From a virus (Duplodnaviria > Caudoviricetes): 64,000 nucleotides of DNA. The stretch lies in the IMG/VR virus record IMGVR_UViG_3300033175_000001, positions 1-64,000 of that record. One strand, 5' to 3'. Of the stretch, positions 37,073 to 46,914 are shown in pieces. Numbering within the stretch: position 1 is the first letter of the stretch; each line of letters starts with the position of its first letter. The position numbers and the translations under genes were made by a program. Under the pieces are notes generated by a model that had not been told where the DNA came from, searched no databases, and saw only the letters and a program-made list of their open reading frames with translations.

Positions 37073-37590
37073 AAAGCTCTGAATCTATTCCTCAATATTT
37101 TAGCCACTTTAAAATGGCTATCCTTTGGTTTAAACGTCCTTACTGCCGCCTCTATAGGATTCCTTGCCGGAACAACGGTTTCGCCTCTGTTAAATCCACT
37201 TGCCTGAATAACTGCTAATTTCATTACAGTCAATCCGCCATGGTGCGATCTCAGTGACGGCTGAACCCTGATTCCTTTATCAGTCTCCACCATTTCAATA
37301 TTTGAAATATATGATGTCGGACTGTCAAGACCCTCCCCATACATAGGCACAGAAGGATATTTTAACCCCATCTTGCGTTTCTGATTGATGGTAGTTGCTC
37401 TCAATGGAATAAGCCCAAGATTATTCTTACGCAGCTCTTTTCTTAAATGAGCCAAAAAATCCTGGGCAATTACCTTCTCAACTTCAGGCTTTGTTATCTT
37501 TAACACATTGCGAACTCTCGGCCCAATAAGAGTTAAAGGTACTCCTGAAAAGTTTACCGATAATTTTGGATTTATATCTACTCCACTCAT
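37063..37590 (-). CDS. Neck/tail-completion protein (HK97 gp10-like)
   Basis: PLRATTINQK, LAVIQASG, VPARNP motifs. Confidence 0.6.
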   Translation of the reverse strand: MSGVDINPKLSVNFSGVPLTLIGPRVRNVLKITKPEVEKVIAQDFLAHLRKELRKNNLGLIPLRATTINQKRKMGLKYPSVPMYGEGLDSPTSYISNIEMVETDKGIRVQPSLRSHHGGLTVMKLAVIQASGFNRGETVVPARNPIEAAVRTFKPKDSHFKVAKILRNRFRALWN

Positions 37591-38018
37591 TACATTACCA
37601 CCAAACCAATCGCCAGATAAACGTACTCATTATTCACCTGACCAACGCCCCGTACTTCCTTAATTTTAAACTCCTGAGTCCTGCGATAATCTGTATCCAC
37701 AATAAATCTTGAATTCATTCTATCAAAAGTCTCAGGCAAATTCGATGTCGCCAAAGTCATAAGGGCATCTACTCTTTCCTGAATACCCACACGCTTTAAC
37801 ATCTCTTCCGACGGAGAAAATACAATCGACCCGCCATTTATACTTTCAGGCTCGGAAACCCTTTCAATCTTTTTCGTCCCTCCAAGTCTGTCCCTCACTA
37901 TTTCAGAAACAGGCGGTGCGAGGTGCATAATCTTTGCTCCGAGCAATTCCTCACTTTCAGAGAGAAGCCCCTTATAGTCCTCAAGCAATTCGCTTAATGT
38001 AGCTTCTCCAAAACTCAC
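37590..38018 (-). CDS. Head closure (stopper) protein
   Basis: Synteny and beta-rich 142-aa size. Confidence 0.55.
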   Translation of the reverse strand: MSFGEATLSELLEDYKGLLSESEELLGAKIMHLAPPVSEIVRDRLGGTKKIERVSEPESINGGSIVFSPSEEMLKRVGIQERVDALMTLATSNLPETFDRMNSRFIVDTDYRRTQEFKIKEVRGVGQVNNEYVYLAIGLVVM

Positions 38019-38716
38019 TTTCGCCTCTCCTCATCGAAACATTCAGAACGATCATAGATCATACTGCTGACATTAACATTAAGAAATCCATCTGCGGAGT
38101 CGTCATCAACTTCCTGTGTACCCTTTCTCGTAAGCGAACTCATTATCTTATCGTAATAATCTTCCAGCTTCTGCGCCACTTCCAAATAATGTGTATATAA
38201 CGCATCTTTTGAAAGTGCTGCCCCTCCAGGTATCTCCAACCGAACATACCGGGCATAGTCATAAGCTAATACATAGCATGTATCTATCCTTACCAGAATA
38301 GTGATGATCGGCCAAATATTTTCTGGAACTTCAGACAGATTACGAATTTTATTGAATCGTAAAGCTGCCAGACGAATCTTCTCGATAAGTTCTTCATCCC
38401 TAAAAGCCGGGTCTGTTTCATTGGTATCCTTCAACTCCTGCCGGATATACTGAAGACGATCTTGGGCAACTTCCGCTAAAACCGGAACATCGCTCTCAAG
38501 AATAGTCGCCCCTACTCCGTCAAGTATTGCCAACTTGAACCAGCTAAAAGGATCAACAGCAAGAGTGGACGAAACGTAGTCCACTCCCGCCTTGATCTCA
38601 ACTGTATCGATTAAAGTTCCGTCATCATCAGGAGACTCACATTCATAAATCTCTACAGATTTATAATCGTAGCCCTCTAAAGATTCCAGATCAATGTAAA
38701 CTCGTATCTTCGCCAT
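38015..38716 (-). CDS. Head-tail adaptor protein
   Basis: IRQELKDT...FRDEEL helical connector motif. Confidence 0.65.
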   Translation of the reverse strand: MAKIRVYIDLESLEGYDYKSVEIYECESPDDDGTLIDTVEIKAGVDYVSSTLAVDPFSWFKLAILDGVGATILESDVPVLAEVAQDRLQYIRQELKDTNETDPAFRDEELIEKIRLAALRFNKIRNLSEVPENIWPIITILVRIDTCYVLAYDYARYVRLEIPGGAALSKDALYTHYLEVAQKLEDYYDKIMSSLTRKGTQEVDDDSADGFLNVNVSSMIYDRSECFDEERRK

Positions 38717-38721
38717 GCAAC

Positions 38722-38946
38722 CTACTTTTTGAGCTTCATGCCGTTACTAAAAGACTTTACCCGCCTTATAGCATCCATAAATTCCAGCGGCTCGACACTC
38801 AACTTCTTATTGATAAGGTCAATCTGAAGTTTATCAGCCTTTCCCTCATCGCCGTCGAACTGCCAGTATTTATTATCGTAAGCATTCATCTCAAAACCGT
38901 TAAGATAAAAGATTGCCGCTTCAGCGATCTCTTTTGTTCTTATCAT
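38722..38946 (-). CDS. DUF5659-like small protein
   Basis: TKEIAEAAIFYLNGF pattern. Confidence 0.45.
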   Translation of the reverse strand: MIRTKEIAEAAIFYLNGFEMNAYDNKYWQFDGDEGKADKLQIDLINKKLSVEPLEFMDAIRRVKSFSNGMKLKK

Positions 38947-38950
38947 GCAT

Positions 38951-39223
38951 TTAACCTAAATCCCCTCTCGCTTTCAGCGCATCTCGAACAGCTTTGGGAA
39001 CTTTATGCTTGCCGACCTTCAGATCATACCAGGCGCCACCAAACTTAAACGCTCCGACATAAACCTTTATCTCGACAGTTACCAGGCCGTCCTTATCCGC
39101 CTTAATATCGATTGGTTCTGATTTCTTCGATGCAGTTGTATCAACAGAAGCCTTCTCCTCTTTTACAGGGGCAGCTTCCTGCTCTGTTCCAACTTTTTCT
39201 TCTTCTTTCTTACCGAACATCAT
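38951..39223 (-). CDS. Small head-associated hypothetical protein
   Basis: Ends YDLKVGKHKVPKAVRDALKARG; follows the capsid genes. Confidence 0.55.
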   Translation of the reverse strand: MMFGKKEEEKVGTEQEAAPVKEEKASVDTTASKKSEPIDIKADKDGLVTVEIKVYVGAFKFGGAWYDLKVGKHKVPKAVRDALKARGDLG

Positions 39224-39230
39224 TCTCCTC

Positions 39231-39515
39231 CTATGAAGTAGGTACAGTTACAGTAACAGCTACCGCAACCGGAGTAGCGTTCAGTGCCTTGATAACAGTA
39301 GTGTCCTTATCGGTAAAGATTATCTGATAATCTGCCGTATAAGTCACATCCACTTTATCACTCGCCCGTATGATTTTAACCGCACGGGCACCCAGGTTAT
39401 CTTCCGCATGATTAACCGTAAGCTCATCATTCTGAGCCCAGGATGAAATGGCAGCCTTATGCACTGCCATTGTTTTGGAAGTAACCCCGTCATTATAAGT
39501 AGCAGTTATAGCCAT
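39231..39515 (-). CDS. Possible capsid decoration protein
   Basis: Beta-rich Ala/Thr/Val-rich ORF directly after the major capsid gene. Confidence 0.4.
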   Translation of the reverse strand: MAITATYNDGVTSKTMAVHKAAISSWAQNDELTVNHAEDNLGARAVKIIRASDKVDVTYTADYQIIFTDKDTTVIKALNATPVAVAVTVTVPTS

Positions 39516-39531
39516 GGTTTACCTCCTATCC

Positions 39532-40458
39532 TTATACCGTATCAATCTCGACGATGTAATCCTGAATGATTCCAACGCCAAAAATTGAATACCAGCCGAT
39601 TGATACCATACGACCGAAATCTTCCACTCCATCGTTAACCAGACCAAAAGGAACGGTCTCGGCAAAACCTACGGGCTCTCCACCCCACATAACAGCTCTG
39701 AAAACATCCGCTGAACTGGCACCTGCTCCAGCAAGAATAGGCATCTGAGTGGTTTCAAGGAAAACAACATTCTCGTATCTTCCTACTTCACCGTTGAACA
39801 GAAGACCAGGCTGTGCATACTGAGCAGCATTGATCCAGGCAGAGTCATCCCTCAGCGCACGAATCTGGTGAGGGTGAGCCGCACAAACGTAGAACTGATC
39901 CCCGCCACGAACAACCAGCGGAGCGTTCATAGTCTTCAGCGTTTCGATTGCATTCTTAATCGCATACGCTGACATTGCACCATTCACGTTCGCAAGACCG
40001 GCACCTTCGCCATCAGCAGGCTTCCCTGCACCGCCAGAAGCTGTCATGAACTGCTTATTTGCAGTCGCAAGAAAAGCGTCCCGGCAAATTCCGTCCACAG
40101 TAAGGCCATAATCCCTTCCGAGAAGAGCAGACGCATCCGCCATCATATCTCTGAAAGAAGCCTCCAGCGCACGTTTTGACATCTGCACAGCATTACCATA
40201 CTCATCCACGCTGATGGATATAATGCTGTCAGAATATTTCTGTTTGGGAATGGGGTCAGTCTCAGAAGCGAGTTTTCCCCCGGGGGCGAGATTTGCGATC
40301 TTTAAGAACTGAATCGTTTCGCCAGGTTCGGCTCCAAGCTGAGCTTTAAACGAGCAAAACCCACGAAAATACATCATCGGCATTGCTTCAAATAATGCAT
40401 CCCTTGAGTATACTGTGAGTATCTCATTAGGGATATCACTTACCAACATAGCTGACAT
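39532..40458 (-). CDS. Major capsid protein (HK97 fold, N4-gp56-like)
   Basis: PGETIQF, EYGNAVQ, HPHQIRAL, GEVGRYENVVFLET, DFGR..SIGWYSIFG. Confidence 0.9.
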   Translation of the reverse strand: MSAMLVSDIPNEILTVYSRDALFEAMPMMYFRGFCSFKAQLGAEPGETIQFLKIANLAPGGKLASETDPIPKQKYSDSIISISVDEYGNAVQMSKRALEASFRDMMADASALLGRDYGLTVDGICRDAFLATANKQFMTASGGAGKPADGEGAGLANVNGAMSAYAIKNAIETLKTMNAPLVVRGGDQFYVCAAHPHQIRALRDDSAWINAAQYAQPGLLFNGEVGRYENVVFLETTQMPILAGAGASSADVFRAVMWGGEPVGFAETVPFGLVNDGVEDFGRMVSIGWYSIFGVGIIQDYIVEIDTV

Positions 40459-40467
40459 ATCCTAACT

Positions 40468-40500
40468 CCTTTGAAAATAAATTGAATTTATTAACAAAGG
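40468..40500. promoter_or_regulatory. 33-bp palindrome/hairpin between scaffold and major capsid genes, overlapping the capsid Shine-Dalgarno
   Basis: CCTTTG-AA-AATAAATT-G-AATTTATT-AA-CAAAGG; 14 of 16 positions pair. Confidence 0.7.
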
Positions 40501-41286
40501 CTAAACACCGAACTTGTTCAGTAAATCCTCTTTGTACTTAGCGTAGGCTTCAGGGGTCATCTTTCTGATCTCATCCGCCGTAAGCTCTTTTTCATTTTTA
40601 GGAAGGGATTGTTTTATTTGATTCGGAGTTTCTTGGGATATGTTAGTTTTAACTGACTCGTTCTTTGACTTATTCTGTATTTCCTCGGCTACCTGCCCTC
40701 GAATAAAATTGAAGCGATCAACTGCTTTCTTAAAAGATTCATCAAGTTCTTCAACAGTATTACCTGTTACAAGTTCAGGAATTACTTTACCGTTGGCCTT
40801 TGTAATCAGCCTTTCCCGATAAATTTCCAGATCCTTTTGACGAAGCTTCTCTTCAGTTTCCCTTTTCAATACATCGAAGGCGGTGTTTAACTGTTCAAGC
40901 TCGCGATTAGCCTTTTGTATTGCCTCATCACGACGTTCATCGTCAGACATCTCTGCACGACGAATCTCTTCTTCTTTTTTCTTACGATCATCCTCAATCT
41001 TCTTAAACTGACTGAGCGATGAATTTGCTTCTTTAAGGTCCGACTTCAGCTTATCGATTGTATCATAAAGCTTCTGCTTTTCCTTCTGGGAAGATTCTTT
41101 CTCAGCTGCCTTAACAGCAGTATTGATTTTATCTTCCAATTCCTTTACTGATAAAACGACCTTATCTGTACCGGAAGTTACCTCTACTGAACCTTCTACC
41201 GCTCCTTCTGCAGGAACATCTGCCGGAGAATCAATAACAGTTTCTTCAACAACTGAATCCACTCCGTTTTGTGCTTGTTCTGTCAT
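40501..41286 (-). CDS. Capsid scaffolding protein
   Basis: Acidic coiled-coil protein immediately upstream of the major capsid gene. Confidence 0.8.
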   Translation of the reverse strand: MTEQAQNGVDSVVEETVIDSPADVPAEGAVEGSVEVTSGTDKVVLSVKELEDKINTAVKAAEKESSQKEKQKLYDTIDKLKSDLKEANSSLSQFKKIEDDRKKKEEEIRRAEMSDDERRDEAIQKANRELEQLNTAFDVLKRETEEKLRQKDLEIYRERLITKANGKVIPELVTGNTVEELDESFKKAVDRFNFIRGQVAEEIQNKSKNESVKTNISQETPNQIKQSLPKNEKELTADEIRKMTPEAYAKYKEDLLNKFGV

Positions 41287-41300
41287 ATTCGCTATCTCCT

Positions 41301-41319
41301 CTAATTTATAGTAAATTAG
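41301..41319. repeat. 8-bp inverted repeat CTAATTTA-TAG-TAAATTAG just before the scaffold Shine-Dalgarno
   Basis: Read directly from the sequence. Confidence 0.6.
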
Positions 41320-41687
41320 CTCATATTAACAACCTTGCGAATATTATCAAGCAAATTTTTATTAAACTCCTTGACAAACGCCCTGGTTTCCTCGGATTTA
41401 GGCGATAAATACTTCTTTTTTGCATAAAAAATCACGCAAAAATCGCACCTTCCGAAATTGCATCCATCGCATGGGTCTTTCTTACCTTTTACAAAGGTTT
41501 TTGCCCTGAGAGTATTCCTATCCCTCCAAATTTGAGCGAGCCTCTCAGGAGAGTTTTCATACTCCATTACCTTCTTTCCACGGCAGATATTACATTCGCC
41601 TTTATTTGCAGTAAACTTAACTTCCTCTTCATTCTTACCACAAATAACACAAACCTTCCTGCCTTTGCTGTCTACGTTCTTAGCCAT
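41316..41687 (-). CDS. Multi-CxxC zinc-binding protein
   Basis: CVIC, CNIC, CDGC, CDFC. Confidence 0.6.
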   Translation of the reverse strand: MAKNVDSKGRKVCVICGKNEEEVKFTANKGECNICRGKKVMEYENSPERLAQIWRDRNTLRAKTFVKGKKDPCDGCNFGRCDFCVIFYAKKKYLSPKSEETRAFVKEFNKNLLDNIRKVVNMS

Positions 41688-41695
41688 CTATGCTC

Positions 41696-42316
41696 CTATG
41701 AATCGGTACTTTCTGCTGAAGCCTCAACCGGCTCAGGCACTACCTGTTTTTTAATTACATCTCCGAAAAGCCTGGAAATAGCTCCTCGACCCTTTACCTT
41801 AATTTCAACTGACTCTTCCCTCGACATAATATTTTTAAGTCTATCCACCATATCAAAATATTGCATAATTTCTGCTGAAACTTCACGGTCAACGCCTCCT
41901 TCCATTTTTTCAATGAGGAGACTTCTCTGTATCCTATCACTCTCAATCTGAAGCAGTTTGACCATAACATTAACTATATCCTTGGAAGACTGTAACGACC
42001 CGCCCATTAAATTAAATCTGCATTCAGAACCGACCTCAAAAAGAGAACACGACTTATTGAATAAACAGGCATTGCACGAAGTAAAATATACTCCGGCATC
42101 GTCAAGATCATCAATGGCGACCTGCTGCTTAATAGCATGCAAGTCTCTCAAATCCCTGGCATTTAAAAGATACTTATCATTCTTAACAGCTTCGAGAAGT
42201 TTATTTGCTCCAAGCTGAAATAAAGCCTTAGTATATTTATACTCAGCCTGTTGAGCATCTTTATCTTTTAATGCCCTTTTTATTACCGTAGGATTTGACT
42301 TTGCAAGAGAACTCAT
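41696..42316 (-). CDS. Hypothetical protein with Cys cluster and helical C-terminus (terminase small subunit cannot be excluded)
   Basis: CNAC..C..C; no decisive motif. Confidence 0.4.
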   Translation of the reverse strand: MSSLAKSNPTVIKRALKDKDAQQAEYKYTKALFQLGANKLLEAVKNDKYLLNARDLRDLHAIKQQVAIDDLDDAGVYFTSCNACLFNKSCSLFEVGSECRFNLMGGSLQSSKDIVNVMVKLLQIESDRIQRSLLIEKMEGGVDREVSAEIMQYFDMVDRLKNIMSREESVEIKVKGRGAISRLFGDVIKKQVVPEPVEASAESTDS

Positions 42317-42323
42317 TCACACC

Positions 42324-42599
42324 TCACACGACCTTGAAATTAAAGATCGTTAAACTCAACTCTTTATCATTCACAACTTCATTCTTCATCCCTGGACGAA
42401 CAGTTAAATCTTTCCCCATCTGTGCCATACTTGCTCTGGCCCTGACAATAATCTTAACCGCCTGATTCACTGCTGCAGCCCCGATAGCGGACACCTCTAC
42501 ATCTCTGCCTTCTTCTATTAGTTTGAATAAAGAAAGAGAGCAGTTATGCACATTTGAATTTCCTTTTACTTTGAAGTTTACTTTGTTGTTCGTATCCAT
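42324..42599 (-). CDS. spoVS: Stage V sporulation protein S homolog
   Basis: KVKGNS...EVSAIGAAAVNQAVK...AR...GKDL..P matches SpoVS (AIGAGALNQAVKA). Confidence 0.85.
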   Translation of the reverse strand: MDTNNKVNFKVKGNSNVHNCSLSLFKLIEEGRDVEVSAIGAAAVNQAVKIIVRARASMAQMGKDLTVRPGMKNEVVNDKELSLTIFNFKVV

Positions 42600-42946
42600 C
42601 TTTTTAACTCATCCCTTATTAGATCAATATTTTCTTCTGCATCGTAAATGACAAGAATATCCATGTCACTCTTCTTAGCGGCTTTAACAATCCTTTGAAT
42701 CCGGAATCCGAACCTATCCAAAGCTGCCTCAGTTGGATTACGCACAGTTCTAAACTCTGTAACCCATTTATATACTGAAACGCCCAACTGCTTTAAATCT
42801 TCGATATCTTCCGGAGTCACATTTACTATTATGGGCATCGCTAAAACAGACTCGCCAATTACTACTGACCCGTCTGAATGATTAAGATACGCTTTCAATA
42901 TCTCTTTCTCGATACCTTTCGAGTAAGCTAAATATACTACGTTCAT
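42578..42946 (-). CDS. Hypothetical protein
   Basis: ATG 42946 with GGAGG Shine-Dalgarno. Confidence 0.5.
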   Translation of the reverse strand: MNVVYLAYSKGIEKEILKAYLNHSDGSVVIGESVLAMPIIVNVTPEDIEDLKQLGVSVYKWVTEFRTVRNPTEAALDRFGFRIQRIVKAAKKSDMDILVIYDAEENIDLIRDELKRWIRTTK

Positions 42947-43505
42947 GACATCCTCCGATAACACTCTCAGCTATTCTTCGCTCAAATTCTTCGCTATGAG
43001 TACCCTGCACAAACATCACAGCCAAAACTGCTGGAATAACGGCATCTGTAAAATGGTACTCACTCGATTTTGGCAGAATAAGATTATGCTTCTTAAAAAA
43101 CTCCTGGGCAAATTTTTTCGCGTCACCTTTATTTGCCCTGCCATTATTTAATACAGCATATCTTAAAGATGATATAGGCACCTCATAAAAAGAGATGCCC
43201 GCATCAACCATCATCCTCTTAATCTGCCCGGTTAATTCAGCCTGCATGACATTAAAAAATCCTTTGCCACCATAGCCGTAACCTTCAATAACAACAAAGT
43301 CTGCATTAAAAGCTACAATAGCCTCTTCAACCGCCCGAGCCAAATTAAACACAAAAAACTCATTCAGCTCTACAACTGTAATCTCTTTTACTTCTGAGCC
43401 AACAACATTATATTTATCGTCCAAGACCAGTCCGCAGAATCCGGTCTTTTCTCCAATATCCAGCCCTACCAAATTCATAAAGATAACATAGTAAAAATAG
43501 CCCAC
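42882..43505 (-). CDS. ruvC: RuvC-like Holliday junction resolvase
   Basis: VGLDIG, VVIEGY, GRANKGD, TDA acidic residues. Confidence 0.8.
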   Translation of the reverse strand: MGYFYYVIFMNLVGLDIGEKTGFCGLVLDDKYNVVGSEVKEITVVELNEFFVFNLARAVEEAIVAFNADFVVIEGYGYGGKGFFNVMQAELTGQIKRMMVDAGISFYEVPISSLRYAVLNNGRANKGDAKKFAQEFFKKHNLILPKSSEYHFTDAVIPAVLAVMFVQGTHSEEFERRIAESVIGGCHERSIFSLLERYRERDIESVS

Positions 43506-43514
43506 GAAGTCAAG

Positions 43515-44117
43515 CTATTTCTTATCCTTCTTCTTCGGATCAAGCTCCTTGCCCTGGATAGCTTTAATCCGATCTGATTGGGCTGATTTCTTTTCATCAA
43601 TGCCCGTCGCTCGCTCTCCCATTCCAAAGCTATCATTCTTTCTGCGGCTGATTTCTCTGGAAATAGAGGCTGAATACTTCATAAAATTATCAAGCCTCGA
43701 CTGTAATAAACTCCTCTCCGTCTCAAGCTCATGTAAAGCCAGCTCTGCATCAACAACATTGTTATCGATATCCACCCATGCCTGAGCATCTGGTATCGAA
43801 CTATCGCTACGAAACTGAAGATAGAGCCTCTTGCGATAAGTGTTGATGACAATTTTCGCATGATCTACCTGCACCTCAACTCCCGCTAAAAGGGACCTGA
43901 TATAAGCTACTTCCGCATCATACATCACCAAAAACTTTCCGACCTCATCAGATGATAATATAGTTACGTCATCAGGAAATGGAAGTACCTTCTTCGGCCT
44001 GTCAATATCTGGTATCTTATAATTAGATTCCAGCTTCCCTACAATCTTATCCCGTACACTTGTGTCTAAAACCTGTTCCCTAAGCGGTAAGCTCGGTGGC
44101 GCAGCTTTCTTTCCCAT
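43515..44117 (-). CDS. Coiled-coil protein, possibly a UvsY-like recombination mediator
   Basis: Long helical segment ending SISREISRR; lies next to RuvC. Confidence 0.35.
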   Translation of the reverse strand: MGKKAAPPSLPLREQVLDTSVRDKIVGKLESNYKIPDIDRPKKVLPFPDDVTILSSDEVGKFLVMYDAEVAYIRSLLAGVEVQVDHAKIVINTYRKRLYLQFRSDSSIPDAQAWVDIDNNVVDAELALHELETERSLLQSRLDNFMKYSASISREISRRKNDSFGMGERATGIDEKKSAQSDRIKAIQGKELDPKKKDKK

Positions 44118-44247
44118 ACTCTAACTCCTGCAATAAATTTTCTACATATTCTAAAGCGAGCCTCTCTGCCCGCCTTAATTTCACACGTTCTCTTGCCTCA
44201 TCAGCCTCATCATTTAAAGGATTACTTCTTATTTTTTCAAAAGGCAT
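44080..44247 (-). CDS. 55-aa helical hypothetical protein
   Basis: Manual translation MPFEKIRSNPLNDEADEARERVKLRRAERLALEYVENLLQELEYGKESCATELTA; TAATG overlap. Confidence 0.55.
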   Translation of the reverse strand: MPFEKIRSNPLNDEADEARERVKLRRAERLALEYVENLLQELEYGKESCATELTA

Positions 44248-45731
44248 TATACTACCTTCCTAAACTCTGGTTTATAAGAAGCCAGGTCAGACACTTTATC
44301 CAGGTCTACTACCTGAAAAGTCTCCGCCAACTTCTCTATATTTGAATGGCCTGAATTAGTATGTATATCCTCCAGGCAGATAAAATGGAACTTCATTCCT
44401 CTTCGCTTTAACTCAAGAAATTCCCCTGTCTCATAAATATCCGCCGTACCATCAGTAATGACGATCATATCGCTTTTATCCATGCCGTCAATTTCCTTAA
44501 ATATGTCATCAGCAGCAACGTGCATCGCCAAATCAATATTCGTTCCTCCCGAAGGATACTCATTAAGAATGTGTGTAAGGAAGTTGCCCCACTGAGAACG
44601 ATCAAATAGTTTATAGGCATCCCTTACATTGGAATTAAACCATCTGAAATAAAACGTACTCGCATCAGCGATGGCCTTCTTCCCGAGAGCTATCGCTACT
44701 GCTTTTATAAAAGCTATTCGATTGATATTAAGAGAAGGATAATAATCATCTGTTGACCCTGAGCTATCCAAAAGAGCGTACAATAACTGCTTCTGTTCTT
44801 TCCGTTCCTTATGCTGAAAAACACGGAGATCCCGGTTCATTATCTTTCTATCCATAATATCGTCTAAAGCCATGTCCATCTTAACTGCCCTGTTTACGTC
44901 CTTCATCCTTTTCATTCGAGAAATGGTGATATTGGACGCTACATTATCAGACTCCACCAGCTTACCCTTGCGGGCATGATTGAACGTAAACTCGATATTC
45001 CTGGCAATCTCGAACATCTCAAGATACTGCTGAGACCAAAGCTTATCAACCAGGTCAGAAATCTGAAGTTTATTCCCGATAGACTCCTTATAAAGAACCT
45101 CTACCGCTGAGCCCCCACGAGTGTATCCCTGACCTATAGCCTTCTGCTGATGAAAACTCGCATCCTGCTGATCGAACATGTGAGACATCATGAAACTGAA
45201 ACCTTTAAAGAACTGAGAGGTCATTGCCATCTGGCCGGCATCTGCAGGCACTTCTATCTGACCTGCTGAAGTCTGACCCTGAATATTATTAACTCCTCCA
45301 GACTGAGTATTAGCCAGCTCTGCCATATCTCCCTTAACATCTCTCGGAGTAGAAGCATGCCCAACCATCGCATCAAGAATTTTAACCATTAACTCAAACT
45401 TCTCTTCCAACCTTAGAAAAGGGTCATTCTTCAACGCCCGGGCAAACCCTGAATCTGCAAAATCTATCAGATCAAGCCTCATCGTAAAAAGCTCGGCTTC
45501 ATACTGCCTCATATTCTTTATTGAATTTTTAAGGTAAGCCCTCGTAACTTCGTTCACCAAATCCTGAACAGTCACAAGAAACTTCCACATGATGTCATAG
45601 CCCTGTGCCACTATAAACATCAAATCCTGGTAAAAATCACCTCCGATCTTACTTGCATTGGGATACTTACTCAGCGTATCCTCTACGATCTGCTTATAAA
45701 AAGGAGGAAGTTCTATTTTCAAAAACCTCAT
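44247..45731 (-). CDS. VWA-domain protein (ViaA-like)
   Basis: MIDAS motif LLDSSGS, SGGTNI, IVITDG. Confidence 0.85.
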   Translation of the reverse strand: MRFLKIELPPFYKQIVEDTLSKYPNASKIGGDFYQDLMFIVAQGYDIMWKFLVTVQDLVNEVTRAYLKNSIKNMRQYEAELFTMRLDLIDFADSGFARALKNDPFLRLEEKFELMVKILDAMVGHASTPRDVKGDMAELANTQSGGVNNIQGQTSAGQIEVPADAGQMAMTSQFFKGFSFMMSHMFDQQDASFHQQKAIGQGYTRGGSAVEVLYKESIGNKLQISDLVDKLWSQQYLEMFEIARNIEFTFNHARKGKLVESDNVASNITISRMKRMKDVNRAVKMDMALDDIMDRKIMNRDLRVFQHKERKEQKQLLYALLDSSGSTDDYYPSLNINRIAFIKAVAIALGKKAIADASTFYFRWFNSNVRDAYKLFDRSQWGNFLTHILNEYPSGGTNIDLAMHVAADDIFKEIDGMDKSDMIVITDGTADIYETGEFLELKRRGMKFHFICLEDIHTNSGHSNIEKLAETFQVVDLDKVSDLASYKPEFRKVV

Positions 45732-45740
45732 GGCTGCCTC

Positions 45741-46913
45741 CTAAAATAAATCCTCATCTTTAATCTGCATTTCGCCCTTAAACTTATCTACCTTCATTTT
45801 AAGAGCCTCTATAAGAGGGATGAGTATTTCAGCGGATGAATCGTTCTGCAGCTCGCCGATCATCTTATCGCACTTTTTCGACAGCCCAAGAACAACCTTG
45901 TACTTCTTAGAAACATCAGTCTCAGACTTATTCGCATCAAACAGCGACTCCATCTTCTGAATAACTTCCGACTGAGCAAGAGACTGCTTCACCTTCAGAA
46001 AGATAGTATCAAAATAACCTATACCCTTTACATCGCCGCCTTCAACGAGCCCGAACTTTATAGTCTCTATATCATCAATAGTTACATCCGCAACTCCGCC
46101 ACGCAGAAACACCGATGCCTTAATTATCTTCAGCATCTTATTCTTTTTCCTGGGCGACATTTTTACATTCGCCTGCGCTTCGTACTCTGAAATGATCCTG
46201 TCATAAATAAGAAGCATCCCGTTTGAAAAATTAGGTTTAAACTCATCGAAGGCTTTAATTACCGCCTGAACATCATCAAACGCAATAACTGGTTGGGTAT
46301 TCTCCGTCACATCTGAAAGGTAATCACGGTACATGTCCATTCTCTTATGAACATCCGCCAGCTCCTTAACATCCGATTTGAAAATAATCCTGTCATACAC
46401 CGCCCGGAGTTCCTTCTCTGATTCCCTCTCCTGATTCGTGGTCATTATAGCTGTGATAAGCGGACATTCTACTTTCTGGAACGGTCTGGTAAAAGTCCTT
46501 TCATTCAAAGGCTCAAGAGTAGCAACCAGAGTTTCCTCACTGGCGTTAAAAAACTCATCCAGAAAACCGAAATGCGCTGTTATCAGCGAACCGGTAATGT
46601 TATGAACTACCCTACCCTGCTTAAACTCATCGAGAAGCTGAGGGCCGAATACATAAGAATCATCCTGCATCCTTGTAAACTGATTCTTGTAAACCTCTGC
46701 TCCTTCGATACCGTTAAAGACCTTCAAAGCCAGCATTGACTTAGCTGTTCCAGGAACGCCTTTCAGAAGTACATGCTCCTGCATCAAAATAGCGTACCTG
46801 ATCTGATTGACTTCCCATTCCCTTTCGTAAAATATCCCGTTAATCTCTTCAAAAAACTGATTGTACTCATCAACGGGAATCTGCTGTGACACGTTCTTTG
46901 ACTGCTTTGCCAT
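45741..46913 (-). CDS. MoxR/RavA-family AAA+ ATPase
   Basis: HVLLKGVPGTAKS, FLDEFFNAS, LNERTF, AVYDR. Confidence 0.88.
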   Translation of the reverse strand: MAKQSKNVSQQIPVDEYNQFFEEINGIFYEREWEVNQIRYAILMQEHVLLKGVPGTAKSMLALKVFNGIEGAEVYKNQFTRMQDDSYVFGPQLLDEFKQGRVVHNITGSLITAHFGFLDEFFNASEETLVATLEPLNERTFTRPFQKVECPLITAIMTTNQERESEKELRAVYDRIIFKSDVKELADVHKRMDMYRDYLSDVTENTQPVIAFDDVQAVIKAFDEFKPNFSNGMLLIYDRIISEYEAQANVKMSPRKKNKMLKIIKASVFLRGGVADVTIDDIETIKFGLVEGGDVKGIGYFDTIFLKVKQSLAQSEVIQKMESLFDANKSETDVSKKYKVVLGLSKKCDKMIGELQNDSSAEILIPLIEALKMKVDKFKGEMQIKDEDLF

Positions 46914-46914
46914 T

